The position numbers and the translations under genes are program-made. DNA of 63,392 nt from an uncultured Mycobacterium sp. Its GTDB lineage: Bacteria; Actinomycetota; Actinomycetes; Mycobacteriales; Mycobacteriaceae. This document shows positions 37,510 through 47,449 of the stretch, piece after piece (position 1 is the first letter of the stretch; each line of letters begins with the position of its first letter). The stretch covers positions 1 to 63,392 of the forward strand of contig CAYNLB010000006.1 of NCBI GenBank assembly GCA_964397935.1, in the 5' to 3' direction. A model generated the notes under the pieces. The model was not told the DNA's origin, did no database searches, and worked only from the letters and a program-made list of their open reading frames with translations.

Positions 37510-38418
37510 TTACGCTTCGGGCTCCGGCACGTGGAAATGCTCGTCGCGTAGCCGGAACGCTTCCTTGGTGCCGTGCTGCGCACGCGCTTTGACGAAGTTG
37601 AACTCGCCCGGACCGAATTGCAGATTGGTGCCGTAGGCGTGAAAGAGATAGCTCGCGACTTCCTCGCCCTGGTACGCCTGGCTCTGCTCGACAAGACGGA
37701 AAGCTTCCTTGGCGATGACGACACCATCGGCGGGCATCTTCGCCGCTTTCTCTGCCCAGTATCGTGCGCGCACCGCAACCGATCCCGAATCGCATGTGTC
37801 AGTGAAGATTCCGAGGTGCTCGATGTCGCCGGCTTCGATGATGTCGCCGGTCAGCAGCAGACGCCGTGCCAGCACCGGGCCCAACCGGTGGAAGAACATG
37901 TGCAGGCTGCCCAGCGCGGGCCCAAGGAAGCGCGTTGCGGGCATACCGATTTTCGTATCGCGGGCAACGACCGAGATGTCAGTCATCAGCGCCAGTTCGA
38001 AACCGCCACCGAGGGCATAACCGGCGATCTCCCCCACCGTGACCTTCGGGAAGCCCATGAAGTTGTGGTAGAAGCCAAAGGACTTGCGGTCCACGGTGAG
38101 TCGGCGACGCTGACTGGGCCGGCGCTTGACTGCCGGATCACCGCCGCCGGAACTCCCATCGGCGCCGGGCGAGCCATACCAGCCATACGCGTTGTTCATG
38201 TCCGCCCCGGTGGAAAAGACTCCGTCGGCACCGCGCAACAGCACCACGGTCAAGTCGTCGTCTTCGGCCACACAGTCCAGACAACGCGCGACGGCCCCCC
38301 GCATTGCGGCGTCATAGGAGTTGCGTTGCGTGGGATTGTTCAGGGTGACAGTCGCGATTCGCCGGTCACGGTCGATGTCGAAAATTACGCGATCGTCCGA
38401 GGTGCTCGATGCGGTCAT
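37510..38418 (-). CDS. Enoyl-CoA hydratase/isomerase
   Basis: TVTLNNP..RN, FSTGADM, GYALGGGFEL. Confidence 0.9.
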   Translation of the reverse strand: MTASSTSDDRVIFDIDRDRRIATVTLNNPTQRNSYDAAMRGAVARCLDCVAEDDDLTVVLLRGADGVFSTGADMNNAYGWYGSPGADGSSGGGDPAVKRRPSQRRRLTVDRKSFGFYHNFMGFPKVTVGEIAGYALGGGFELALMTDISVVARDTKIGMPATRFLGPALGSLHMFFHRLGPVLARRLLLTGDIIEAGDIEHLGIFTDTCDSGSVAVRARYWAEKAAKMPADGVVIAKEAFRLVEQSQAYQGEEVASYLFHAYGTNLQFGPGEFNFVKARAQHGTKEAFRLRDEHFHVPEPEA

Positions 38419-39110
38419 GTGCCGGACTCCTTTCGCCGCCTGCCGAACCTGGACCCGGTCAACTTGTCCGGTGGCGACGCCAATGTGTTGACCTCACCGA
38501 TGGAAAGCACATCCTCGGCAAGCAGCAACCGCGCCGTCGACGTGATGCCCCGTTCGGTGTGGGACCGCGAGATGTCGAACCGCAGCTCGGTCAGCACCGG
38601 CGTCGGGCGGCGGAAGGTCACGGCCAGCGATCGAGTCTTGCCGGAAAGGGCGGTGGCGCAGTTGTGATGCTGGATCGTGCAGTCGAAGAAGACGCCGAGA
38701 AAGCCGCCGTGCACCAGCCCCGGCGGCCCTTCGTAGACCAGCGGAAAGTTGACCCGTCCGGTTGCCTGCTCGGCATCGAGGTGATCGAACCGGTACTCGG
38801 GAAAGCACGGGTTGTAGGCACCGATGTCGGTTGCGTGGCTGAGATAGACCCGCCGCGGATCGTCCGGGACGTCACCGATTCGCGGTGCGTTGTCCGCCGG
38901 AGCCGAGGCGGCCAGCTCCCTCTCCCACTCGACGAACTTCGCCAGCATGGTGTCCACCGTGGGGTGAGCGTGCTCGAGCGACAGCAGCAGCGAGCTGATG
39001 CGCCGCATCGCACCGGCGGCGGCCACGGTTTGGGCAAGGGGTGCCTCGCCGAATTTGGCGTCGCCGGTGCGATCCGCCACGGGTGCGGCTTGCCCCTCCT
39101 CGAAGGCCAT
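38415..39110 (-). CDS. Hot-dog fold (PaaI-like) thioesterase
   Basis: YEGPPGLVHGG, TRSLAVTFRRPTP. Confidence 0.85.
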   Translation of the reverse strand: MAFEEGQAAPVADRTGDAKFGEAPLAQTVAAAGAMRRISSLLLSLEHAHPTVDTMLAKFVEWERELAASAPADNAPRIGDVPDDPRRVYLSHATDIGAYNPCFPEYRFDHLDAEQATGRVNFPLVYEGPPGLVHGGFLGVFFDCTIQHHNCATALSGKTRSLAVTFRRPTPVLTELRFDISRSHTERGITSTARLLLAEDVLSIGEVNTLASPPDKLTGSRFGRRRKESGT

Positions 39111-39197
39111 GCTCCCCTCTTTTCGCCGGGTTTCGCCCGGCTATTTCCGCCAGCAGCGTTTCCTTGCTAACTTATACACCGTATCAATCGTATTGCC

Positions 39198-39216
39198 TAC
39201 TGTATGGGTAACCGTA
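39198..39216. promoter_or_regulatory. Putative 19-bp cluster operator, copy 7 (TACTGTAT-GGG-TAACCGTA)
   Basis: Halves match 7/8 and 6/8; lies in a divergent promoter. Confidence 0.7.
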
Positions 39217-39242
39217 TCGGCGGAGAAAGGCCGGATTCGACG

Positions 39243-40058
39243 GTGAGTCAGGAGGCCGACGCGGCCAGTGCCGAGGGTTCGGTGACAGTGCGCCGAGACG
39301 GTGCGGTGTTGCGGGTAACACTCGATCGCCCATCCCGGCGTAATTCGTTGAACCAATTGATGATCGAGACTTTGGTCGACGCGCTGACCGAGGCGGCCGC
39401 CGACGACTCGCTGCGCGCCGTTCACCTCCACGGCGCCCGGGACGACTTCTGCGCCGGCGTCGACTGGGTGGCCGCCAACGATCGGCAACGGCGCCGCGCC
39501 GGTGACCTGGTCCGGCGGATCCCCCATGCCGCCCATCGAGTGATCGAACTCGTCGCCAGCATCCAGTTGCCGGTGGTTTGCAGCGTCCGGGGATGGGCCG
39601 TGGGGTTCGGCTGCAACCTCGCGCTGGCCGCCGACTTCACCGTGGCCGCTGACGACGCGGTGTTCTGGGAGCCGTTCGCAGACCGCGGCTTCAGCCCGGA
39701 CTCAGGATCCACCTGGCTGCTGCCCCGGCTGGTCGGCCTGGCGCGCGCCCGGCGGATGCTGCTGCTCGGTGAGAAAGTAAGCGCAACGGATGCGGCCGAC
39801 TGGGGAATGATTCACCAAACGGTGGACCGCTCCGAACTCGACGATACCGCCGAGGAGCTGCTGCAGCGGCTGGCCTGCGGACCAACGGTCGCGATCGGAC
39901 TGGCCAAACAGGCGCTGAACTTCGGGCAGAGCGCAACACTGGGCCAATCCCTGACGCAGGAGCTGTTCAATCTGGAACTATCCTGTCGGACAGGCGATTT
40001 CAAAGAGGGCCTGGAGGCCTTTCGGCAGCGACGTGCGCCGAAGTTCCAAGGCCGCTGA
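39243..40058 (+). CDS. Enoyl-CoA hydratase/isomerase
   Basis: FCAGVD, GWAVGFG, GFSPDSG, DFKEG. Confidence 0.9.
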   Translation: MSQEADAASAEGSVTVRRDGAVLRVTLDRPSRRNSLNQLMIETLVDALTEAAADDSLRAVHLHGARDDFCAGVDWVAANDRQRRRAGDLVRRIPHAAHRVIELVASIQLPVVCSVRGWAVGFGCNLALAADFTVAADDAVFWEPFADRGFSPDSGSTWLLPRLVGLARARRMLLLGEKVSATDAADWGMIHQTVDRSELDDTAEELLQRLACGPTVAIGLAKQALNFGQSATLGQSLTQELFNLELSCRTGDFKEGLEAFRQRRAPKFQGR

Positions 40059-40078
40059 CCTTCGTGAAGGGAACCCGG

Positions 40079-40891
40079 ATGCGCACTGACTCGTTCGACA
40101 CCATCAATTACGACGTCGACGGGCACACCGCCACCATCACACTGAACCGTCCGGACGCCCTCAACGCGCTCAGCCCGCACATGATCGGCGAGCTCCGCGC
40201 CGCCTACGACGAAGCGGAGAACGACGACAAGGTGTGGCTGCTCGTCGTCACCGGCAGCGGCCGCGCCTTCTGCACGGGGGCAGACGTCAAAGCCATTCCC
40301 GGTGACGGCAAGGTCATCTACGAACGGCCGTACCTGTCGACGTACGAACAGTGGGAGGCGCCCCAGGAAGGCACGCCGCCGTTTCGCCGGATGGCCAAGC
40401 CGGTGTTGACCGCCGTCAACGGTTTGTGCTGTGGGGCTGGACTCGATTGGGTCACGACGTCGGATATCGTCATCGCATCCGACCGCGCGACGTTCTTCGA
40501 TCCCCACGTCAGCATCGGACTGGTGGCCGGGCGTGAGCTGGTGCGGCTCGCCCGGGTGCTGCCGCGATCGGTCGCCCTGCGGATGGCGTTGATGGGCAAG
40601 CACGAGAGGATGAGCGTGGAGCGGGCCTTCGACTTGGGTCTGATCAGTGAAATCGTGGACCACGAACGGCTTCTCGAACGGGCCCATGAGATCGCCGGCA
40701 TCGTGAACTCCAATGCGCCGCTGGCGGTCCGGGGTACGCGGCTGGCCATTCTGAAGGGCCTGGATCTGCCGCTGCACGAAGCCGAAATGCTCGCCGAGAC
40801 ATTCCGCGAGCGGGTGCTGCGCACCCAGGACGCGCTGGAAGGCCCCAAGGCCTTTGTCGAGAAACGGCCACCGGATTGGAAATGCCAGTGA
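40079..40891 (+). CDS. Enoyl-CoA hydratase/isomerase
   Basis: LNRPDALNA, AFCTGADV, AVNGLCCGAG. Confidence 0.92.
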   Translation: MRTDSFDTINYDVDGHTATITLNRPDALNALSPHMIGELRAAYDEAENDDKVWLLVVTGSGRAFCTGADVKAIPGDGKVIYERPYLSTYEQWEAPQEGTPPFRRMAKPVLTAVNGLCCGAGLDWVTTSDIVIASDRATFFDPHVSIGLVAGRELVRLARVLPRSVALRMALMGKHERMSVERAFDLGLISEIVDHERLLERAHEIAGIVNSNAPLAVRGTRLAILKGLDLPLHEAEMLAETFRERVLRTQDALEGPKAFVEKRPPDWKCQ

Positions 40892-41688
40892 GCGCTCCCG
40901 CGTTCGAAACCATCCTGCTCGACATTGACGCAGACGACCGTGTCGCCACCATCACGCTGAACCGGCCCGAGCAGCTCAACGCGTTCAACCGCACCATGTG
41001 TGAGGAGATGGCCCGCGCCTGGCGCATGGTCAAACTCGACGACTCGGTACATGCGGTGGTGCTGCGGGCCTCGGGTGACCGGGCGTTCAGCGCCGGCCTG
41101 GACATCAAGACACCCTACGGCCAACCCGAAAACATCTGGAACCACGAGGATCCCGGCGAAGCGCTGAGCCCGAAGTGGCAGAAGATGTGGAAGCCCGTGG
41201 TGTGCGCCGTGCAGGGCATGTGCACCGCGGGCGCGTTCTACTTCATCAACGAGTCCGATGTGGTGATCTGCTCAACCGAAGCCACGTTTTTCGATTCACA
41301 CGTATCGGCCGGCCTCGTCTGCGCGCTGGAGCCGATCGGCCTGATGCGGCGCATCGGCCTGGGCGAGACGTTGCGAATTGCGCTCATGGGCAACGATGAG
41401 CGCGTCGGCGCCGACACCGCACTGCGGATCGGAGTGGTGTCAGAGGTCGTCTCACCGGACCAGCTGTGGAGCCGCGCCCACGAGATTGCGGCGACCATCG
41501 CCGCCAAGCCGCCATCGGCGACTCAGGGCACGGTGAAGGCGATTTGGGAGTCACTGGACAAGCCCTACCGCGCCGCCCTGGAGCAGGGTCTCATCTATAC
41601 GCGGCTGGGCAACCCGTTGGGCACCGCCGAGCTGGCCGCCCAGCACAAGACCGGCGGCGGCACCGCGCGCGACCCGAAGATCCGCTGA
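40888..41688 (+). CDS. Enoyl-CoA hydratase/isomerase
   Basis: LNRPEQLNA, AFSAGLDI, AVQGMCTAG; GTGA overlap. Confidence 0.9.
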   Translation: MSAPAFETILLDIDADDRVATITLNRPEQLNAFNRTMCEEMARAWRMVKLDDSVHAVVLRASGDRAFSAGLDIKTPYGQPENIWNHEDPGEALSPKWQKMWKPVVCAVQGMCTAGAFYFINESDVVICSTEATFFDSHVSAGLVCALEPIGLMRRIGLGETLRIALMGNDERVGADTALRIGVVSEVVSPDQLWSRAHEIAATIAAKPPSATQGTVKAIWESLDKPYRAALEQGLIYTRLGNPLGTAELAAQHKTGGGTARDPKIR

Positions 41689-43166
41689 TGCCTGCTCACC
41701 CGCTCAGTCAGCGCATCGCCGACGTCCTCGATCTGCAGCCGGAAGGGCACGCCATCGAATTTCGCGGCCACTGGATTTCGTGGCGGCAGCTCGGCGACCT
41801 GGCACGCCGGATGGCGTCATCGTTGCCCGATGGCGCCGACGTCCAGGTCGGGATGTTGCTGCGCAACCGGCCCGGTCAGGTGGCGGCATTCCTCGGTGTG
41901 CTGCTGGGCGGTGGGACCGTGGTCACCATCAACCCGGCGCGCGGCGACGAGCGCACCAGGGCCGATATCGCCGCGCTGCAATTGCCCGTGATCGTCGGCG
42001 AGCCCGACGACCTGGCGGCACTCGTCGGTCCGGACACCCCGACGTTGGCGGTCGCCGATCCTGCGGACACCGCCGATGAGCCAGTGCCAACCACCACCAC
42101 ACCCGCTACCCGGTCCGGCGTCGCAGTCCGGATGTTGACCAGCGGTACGACGGGCCCGCCCAAACGAATCGACCTCAGCTACGACATGCTGGCGCGCAGT
42201 GTGATGGGTGCCGAGTCCGACGGCGCACCGGCGCCCGCCGAGCTGCGGCGCGGCGTGGCGATCGTCAACTCGCCGCTGGTGCATATCGGCGGCGTGTTCC
42301 GCGTGCTGCAATGCATCGCCGAGGCCAGGCCCTTCGTGCTGCTGGAGAAATTCGAGCTCGATGCATGGGCCGACGCGGTGCGAAAGCACCGGCCGCGAAC
42401 TGTATCGCTGGTGCCGGCGGCGCTGCGGACGGTCCTGCACTCCGGCTTGCCGCGAACCGACCTGGAAAGCATCCGCGCCGTCACCTGCGGCACGGCCCCA
42501 CTGTCGGCCGACGATGCCGATGCCTTCACCGAGAAGTACGGCATTCCGGTATTAACCTCTTATGCGGCAACCGAGTTCGGTGGCGGCGTGGCCGGCTGGA
42601 CCCTTCCCGACTACCAGCGGTACTGGCGAAGCAAACGCGGCAGCGTCGGCCGGGCCAATCCGGGCGCACGGCTGCGGGTGGTCGCGGGCGATGGCGCGAC
42701 GCTCGGCCCGGACGAGGTCGGGCTGCTGGAGGTCAAGCCGGGGCAACTGGGCCCATCGGCGCGGTGGATGCGGACCACGGATATGGCGCGGATCGACGCG
42801 GACGGCTTCGTCTGGATCGTCGGGCGGGCCGACCAGGCCATCATCCGCGGCGGGTTCAAGGTGATGCCCGACGACGTACGCACCGCGCTGGAGGGCCACC
42901 CGGCGGTGGCCGGCGCGGCGGTGGTCGGCCGCAGCGACGAACGGCTCGGGGCGACACCGGTCGCGATGGTCGAACTGCGCGAACCCGCCTCCACCGATGC
43001 CGACGCGCTGGCCGAGTATCTGGGCAAGCGGCTGGCCCGCTACGAAATCCCGACCGAAATCGCAATCGTCGACACGATCCCGCGAACGCCGTCGGGCAAA
43101 GCCGACCTCACCGCGGTCCAGCGTTTCTTCAGTGCACCCGCCGCTCACAGCGACCATGCCCGGTGA
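41688..43166 (+). CDS. Acyl-CoA synthetase (class I adenylate-forming enzyme)
   Basis: LTSGTTGPPK, YAATE, IIRGGFKV, RTPSGK; TGATG overlap defines the start. Confidence 0.9.
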   Translation: MPAHPLSQRIADVLDLQPEGHAIEFRGHWISWRQLGDLARRMASSLPDGADVQVGMLLRNRPGQVAAFLGVLLGGGTVVTINPARGDERTRADIAALQLPVIVGEPDDLAALVGPDTPTLAVADPADTADEPVPTTTTPATRSGVAVRMLTSGTTGPPKRIDLSYDMLARSVMGAESDGAPAPAELRRGVAIVNSPLVHIGGVFRVLQCIAEARPFVLLEKFELDAWADAVRKHRPRTVSLVPAALRTVLHSGLPRTDLESIRAVTCGTAPLSADDADAFTEKYGIPVLTSYAATEFGGGVAGWTLPDYQRYWRSKRGSVGRANPGARLRVVAGDGATLGPDEVGLLEVKPGQLGPSARWMRTTDMARIDADGFVWIVGRADQAIIRGGFKVMPDDVRTALEGHPAVAGAAVVGRSDERLGATPVAMVELREPASTDADALAEYLGKRLARYEIPTEIAIVDTIPRTPSGKADLTAVQRFFSAPAAHSDHAR

Positions 43167-44763
43167 CTTCCTTACGGTTGCCGGGATCCTGCTATACCAG
43201 GCCCGTTCGCGCACGCAGCAACCCTTTCTCATCTGCGATGGCGACCGCATCAGCTACGGTGAGGCCGATCGGCGATCGGCAGAGCTCGCCCGCGGGCTGG
43301 TCGCCGTCGGCGCCGGCAAGGGCACCCATGTGGGGCTGCTCTACCCCAACGGCCCCGAGTTCGTCGTCGGCATGCTGGCTGCGGCGCGTATCGGCGCGGT
43401 AGTGCTCCCGCTTTCCACCTTCGTCACCGCCCGCGAGATGCATGAGCAACTGGTCGACGGCGACATCGAAATCCTCCTGATGGCAAGTTCTTTCCGCTCA
43501 CATGACTATGTGCAGCGACTGCTGGACGTGGTGGCGGACCCAGACTTCGATAACGATTTCCGGTTGTTCTCCGGCGCGGTGCCGCAATTGCATCAGATCG
43601 GTATAAGTTACCGCCCGGATGCGGTGCGCCGTGGCCGCGGCATCGAAAGGTTGCTGCGGCTGGCCGATACCGTCGATCCCGCGCTCTTGGCGGCGATGCA
43701 AGATGATGTCGACGGCTGCGATCCGCTGACCATCGTTTACACATCGGGCTCCACCAGCGCACCCAAGGGAGTCGTGCACACGCACGACGCTCTACTCCGG
43801 CATCAGCACAACCTCAACGAGATCCGTGGCTTGACGGCCGACGACAAGCTGTTCTGCAATTCGCCGTTCTTCTGGATCGGCGGGTTCGCCTTCGGCCTGT
43901 TGGCCACGTTGGTCGCCGGATCGACGCTGGTGTGCTCCAACGCCACCGACGCCGGCCATACCCTAGACCTGCTCGAAGCCGAAAAGCCGACCATGACCAA
44001 CGGTTTCACCGCCGGGATCGCTCACCTGGCCGATGACCCGAGCTTCGCCGGCCGCGAGTTGTCGTCGATGCGGCGGGGCAACCTGTACCCGATCATGGCG
44101 CCCGAGGCACGACCCGCCGACCCGGAACTGCGGCACAACATGTTGGGCATGACCGAGGCCGGCAGCATCGTGTTGATCAGCGGTGACGAGTCCGACCAGC
44201 CCGAAAGCCGGCGCGGATCGTTCGGCAGACCGGCGCCCGGATTCGAGACCATGATCATCGACCCCGAAACCGGCATTCCCGTCGACGCCGGCGCGATCGG
44301 CGAGCTGTGCATCCGTGGCCCGTACGTCATGCAGCGGTACCACAAACGCAGCCGCGAAGAGTGCTTCGACCCCGACGGCTGGTTCCACACCGGCGATTTG
44401 ATGCGGACCGACACCGAAGGATTCTTCTACTTCGTCGGCCGGCTCAGCACAATGATCAAAACGTCGGGCGCCAACGTCTCGGCGACCGAGGTCGAGAAGG
44501 CCATCGCCAAGGTCACCGGCGGACTGGCGGCCTACGTGCTGGGCATTCCGGATTCGGAGCGTGGTCAGCTGGTGGCCGCGGTCATTGCGCAGCCCGACGG
44601 CCCTGCCGCCGTTGACGAGGCGGCATTGCGCGAGCGGCTCAAGGCGGAGTTGTCGGCGTACAAAATCCCGAAGCGGTTCATCGCATTGCCCCGCGCCGAC
44701 ATACCGCTGCTGTCCAGCGGCAAGGTCGACACCCAGCAACTGAGGACGCTGTTCGATGCGTGA
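43156..44763 (+). CDS. Acyl-CoA synthetase
   Basis: YTSGSTSAPKG, GMTE, GWFHTGD, SSGKVD. Confidence 0.9.
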   Translation: MPGDFLTVAGILLYQARSRTQQPFLICDGDRISYGEADRRSAELARGLVAVGAGKGTHVGLLYPNGPEFVVGMLAAARIGAVVLPLSTFVTAREMHEQLVDGDIEILLMASSFRSHDYVQRLLDVVADPDFDNDFRLFSGAVPQLHQIGISYRPDAVRRGRGIERLLRLADTVDPALLAAMQDDVDGCDPLTIVYTSGSTSAPKGVVHTHDALLRHQHNLNEIRGLTADDKLFCNSPFFWIGGFAFGLLATLVAGSTLVCSNATDAGHTLDLLEAEKPTMTNGFTAGIAHLADDPSFAGRELSSMRRGNLYPIMAPEARPADPELRHNMLGMTEAGSIVLISGDESDQPESRRGSFGRPAPGFETMIIDPETGIPVDAGAIGELCIRGPYVMQRYHKRSREECFDPDGWFHTGDLMRTDTEGFFYFVGRLSTMIKTSGANVSATEVEKAIAKVTGGLAAYVLGIPDSERGQLVAAVIAQPDGPAAVDEAALRERLKAELSAYKIPKRFIALPRADIPLLSSGKVDTQQLRTLFDA

Positions 44764-46342
44764 CACCATCGACCACCTGGTGCGGCTGCAGGCCGGCCGC
44801 CACGGCTCCAAGCCGGTGGTGATCGATCCAGACTCCCGTATCAGCTATCGCGAACTCGACTTGACCACCAGGGATCTCGCCGCAGTCTTCGCTGACGCCG
44901 GCGTCGGTAAGGGCACCCGGGTCGGCCTCATCATGCCCAACGGCGTCCGTTGGGTACAACTGGCCATCGCACTGACCCGCGTCGGTGCGGTGCTGGTGCC
45001 GCTGAGCACCCTGCTGGCGCCGAACGAATTGGTCGCGCAGCTGCGAGCGGCGTCGGTGCAATTCCTGCTCAGTGTCGAGGAATTCCGTGGTCACCGCTAC
45101 CTGGACGACCTGCGATCGGCGCTGGCGGTTGGCGAGCTTGGCGATCAGACGTTGCAGTGCGCGAAACTTCCCGCACTACGGCGGGTTTGGCCGACCGAAC
45201 GGCTCGCCCGCGCCGGCGCCGGCTTGCGCTCCCGCCGGATCGTCGACGCGTTGGCGGACAGGGTCATGCCCGCCGACCTGCTGGTCATCATGTTCACCTC
45301 CGGTAGCAGCGGAGCACCCAAAGGAGTCATGCATTCGCACGGCAGCGCCTTGGGTGCGGTGAGAGCGGGCCTCGATGCCCGCTGCATCACGGCCGACACC
45401 CGCCTGTATCTGCCGATGCCGTTCTTCTGGGTGGGCGGCTTCGGCAGCGGAATACTGTCCACGCTGTTGGCCGGTGCAACCCTGGTGACCGAAGAGATAC
45501 CACGTCCGGAAACCACGCTGCGGCTGCTGGAAAGCGAGCGGGTCACGTTGTTTCGGGGTTGGCCCGACCAGGCCGAAACCCTGGCGCGACATGCGGCCGA
45601 GGTCGGCGCGGACCTCTCGACGCTGCAGCCGGGCAGCCTGCAGGCCCTGTTGCCGCCCGAGCGGCGGGCCGAGCCCGGTGCTCGGGCCACGTTGTTCGGC
45701 ATGACCGAGGCGTTCGGTCCGTACTGCGGCTACGCCGCCGACACCGACATGCCGCCAACGGCGTGGGGCAGCTGCGGAAAACCGTTCCCCGGCATGGAGG
45801 TACGCATCATCGATCCGGACAGCGGCGATCCCGTCGCGGCGGGTACCGCGGGCATGATCCAGATTCGCGGACCGCATACCCTGCGGGGCATGTGCCGCCG
45901 CAGCCGAGAAGACCTGTTCACCCCCGACGGCTGGTACCCCACCGGAGACCTCGGCCACCTCGACGAGGACGGGTTCCTCTTCTACCACGGCCGATCCGAC
46001 GACATGTTCAAGGTCAGCGGCGCGACCGTCTACCCCGGCGAGGTCGAGCGGGCGTTACGGACCATCGACGGCGTCGACAACGCCTACGTCACCAACGTGC
46101 CCGGCGCCGCGGGTGACCGGGTCGGCGCGGCAGTGGTGTGCGACACCCGAGCGCTCACCGCCGAGCAACTACACAACTCCGCCCGCACGCTGCTGAGTGC
46201 CTTCAAGGCGCCGACAATATGGCTGTTGCTGGAATCCGACGACGACATTCCGCGCGGCGGCACCGGAAAGCCCGACACCAACCGCCTGCGGGAGATGTTG
46301 ATCGAAGTGAACCAGCCTCAAGGGACCCGCGTCCAGGGTTGA
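44756..46342 (+). CDS. Acyl-CoA synthetase (paralog of the preceding gene)
   Basis: FTSGSSGAPKG, FGMTE, GWYPTGD, GTGK. Confidence 0.9.
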   Translation: MRDTIDHLVRLQAGRHGSKPVVIDPDSRISYRELDLTTRDLAAVFADAGVGKGTRVGLIMPNGVRWVQLAIALTRVGAVLVPLSTLLAPNELVAQLRAASVQFLLSVEEFRGHRYLDDLRSALAVGELGDQTLQCAKLPALRRVWPTERLARAGAGLRSRRIVDALADRVMPADLLVIMFTSGSSGAPKGVMHSHGSALGAVRAGLDARCITADTRLYLPMPFFWVGGFGSGILSTLLAGATLVTEEIPRPETTLRLLESERVTLFRGWPDQAETLARHAAEVGADLSTLQPGSLQALLPPERRAEPGARATLFGMTEAFGPYCGYAADTDMPPTAWGSCGKPFPGMEVRIIDPDSGDPVAAGTAGMIQIRGPHTLRGMCRRSREDLFTPDGWYPTGDLGHLDEDGFLFYHGRSDDMFKVSGATVYPGEVERALRTIDGVDNAYVTNVPGAAGDRVGAAVVCDTRALTAEQLHNSARTLLSAFKAPTIWLLLESDDDIPRGGTGKPDTNRLREMLIEVNQPQGTRVQG

Positions 46343-46680
46343 CAGTTCCGCGACTCGAAGGCCTTGACCGCTGTGTTGATATTCGCGTACATCGGGCCGA
46401 TCGAGGTATTCGTCTGAAGTACATGGTCTTTGTTCGCATCAGGTGTGCTGTAGGTAAACCACGCGCACATCGAGTCCTGGAGCGGCACATTGTTTATCCA
46501 AACCCCAAAGGCCGATGCCGACCCGCCCGTGTGATACAAGCCCGGTGCAATGTCGGGCCCTACGCGAAAAACACCATTGCCGGGAATTTCGTCGCCTGGT
46601 TCGGCAGCGGCCGGCGCAGCGAGGACGATCGCTGCCACGGATGCCACGAAGACGGCCGCCGCGCGAAGTGTTGGGGGCAT
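46318..46680 (-). CDS. Secreted protein, Rv1352-like
   Basis: Signal peptide ending APAAA; PGNGVFRVGPDIAPG..C.W..TNTSIGPM..AF...NC..W matches recalled Rv1352. Confidence 0.8.
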   Translation of the reverse strand: MPPTLRAAAVFVASVAAIVLAAPAAAEPGDEIPGNGVFRVGPDIAPGLYHTGGSASAFGVWINNVPLQDSMCAWFTYSTPDANKDHVLQTNTSIGPMYANINTAVKAFESRNCQPWTRVP

Positions 46681-46752
46681 TTTTCTCTCCATAGTGTTGC
46701 GCCAATGGCAGCGTAGGCCCACGTGGGCGTGAGCAACAACAGCTGATTCAGC

Positions 46753-47445
46753 TCACTGAGACGCAGGTGGGGCCGCATCGAGAACCACTCCACGCGCGAT
46801 GAGGTGGTCGATCAGGGGACCCGCACCAGCGGCGAGATGCTCCGACATTGCCGCGCGCGCCAGCTTCTCGTCGTGCTTTTGCAGCGCGGACACGATCCGC
46901 CGATGGTCCTTCATCGACTGTTCCGGCCAGCCCTGAATGGCGGGAAAGACCGATTCCGGTGCGTAGCGGGTGATCTGTAGCATCAACTGGGCAAGTTTCG
47001 CTGAGTCCGCAGCAACGTTGATGGCCCGGTGGAAACGGTGGTTGAGGCGAACGGTCCGTTCGCTGTCATCACCGGCATAGGCATCCTCGAGATCCGCCTG
47101 GATCTGTTTGAGTTCACGCAGCTGGTCGTCGGTGATGTTGATCGCGGCCCGTGCGGCGAGCTCGCCGCCAACGTAGGCCTGCACGTTCGCGACGTCGCAA
47201 ACGTCCCTGTCGGTCACCGGCATCACCGCGAACCCGCGGCGGGGATGCTGGGCGATCAAGCCTTCCGCCCGCAGGGCGAACAGCGCCTCTCGTACTGGTG
47301 TGACGCTGATTCCCAACTCCGCAGCCAGTTGGTCCAAGCGAACATAGGTTCCCGCGGCGTAGACGCCATTGAAGATCCGCTGACGGATCAAGCGCGCGAC
47401 ATCGTCGGAAAGTTGCGGTCGCGCAGCGAAATCCGGAACACTCAT
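46753..47445 (-). CDS. GntR-family (FCD) regulator, Mce1R-like
   Basis: LAAELGISVTPVREAL HTH; N..FH, DH..I..A, HL FCD motifs. Confidence 0.92.
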   Translation of the reverse strand: MSVPDFAARPQLSDDVARLIRQRIFNGVYAAGTYVRLDQLAAELGISVTPVREALFALRAEGLIAQHPRRGFAVMPVTDRDVCDVANVQAYVGGELAARAAINITDDQLRELKQIQADLEDAYAGDDSERTVRLNHRFHRAINVAADSAKLAQLMLQITRYAPESVFPAIQGWPEQSMKDHRRIVSALQKHDEKLARAAMSEHLAAGAGPLIDHLIARGVVLDAAPPASQ

Positions 47446-47449
47446 CGCC

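Noticed and set aside
1691-46342. Calling this the canonical cholesterol (KstR) degradation cluster
   Set aside because: No kstD, hsaA-D, ipdAB or mce4 genes are present, and I noticed no KstR-type operator.
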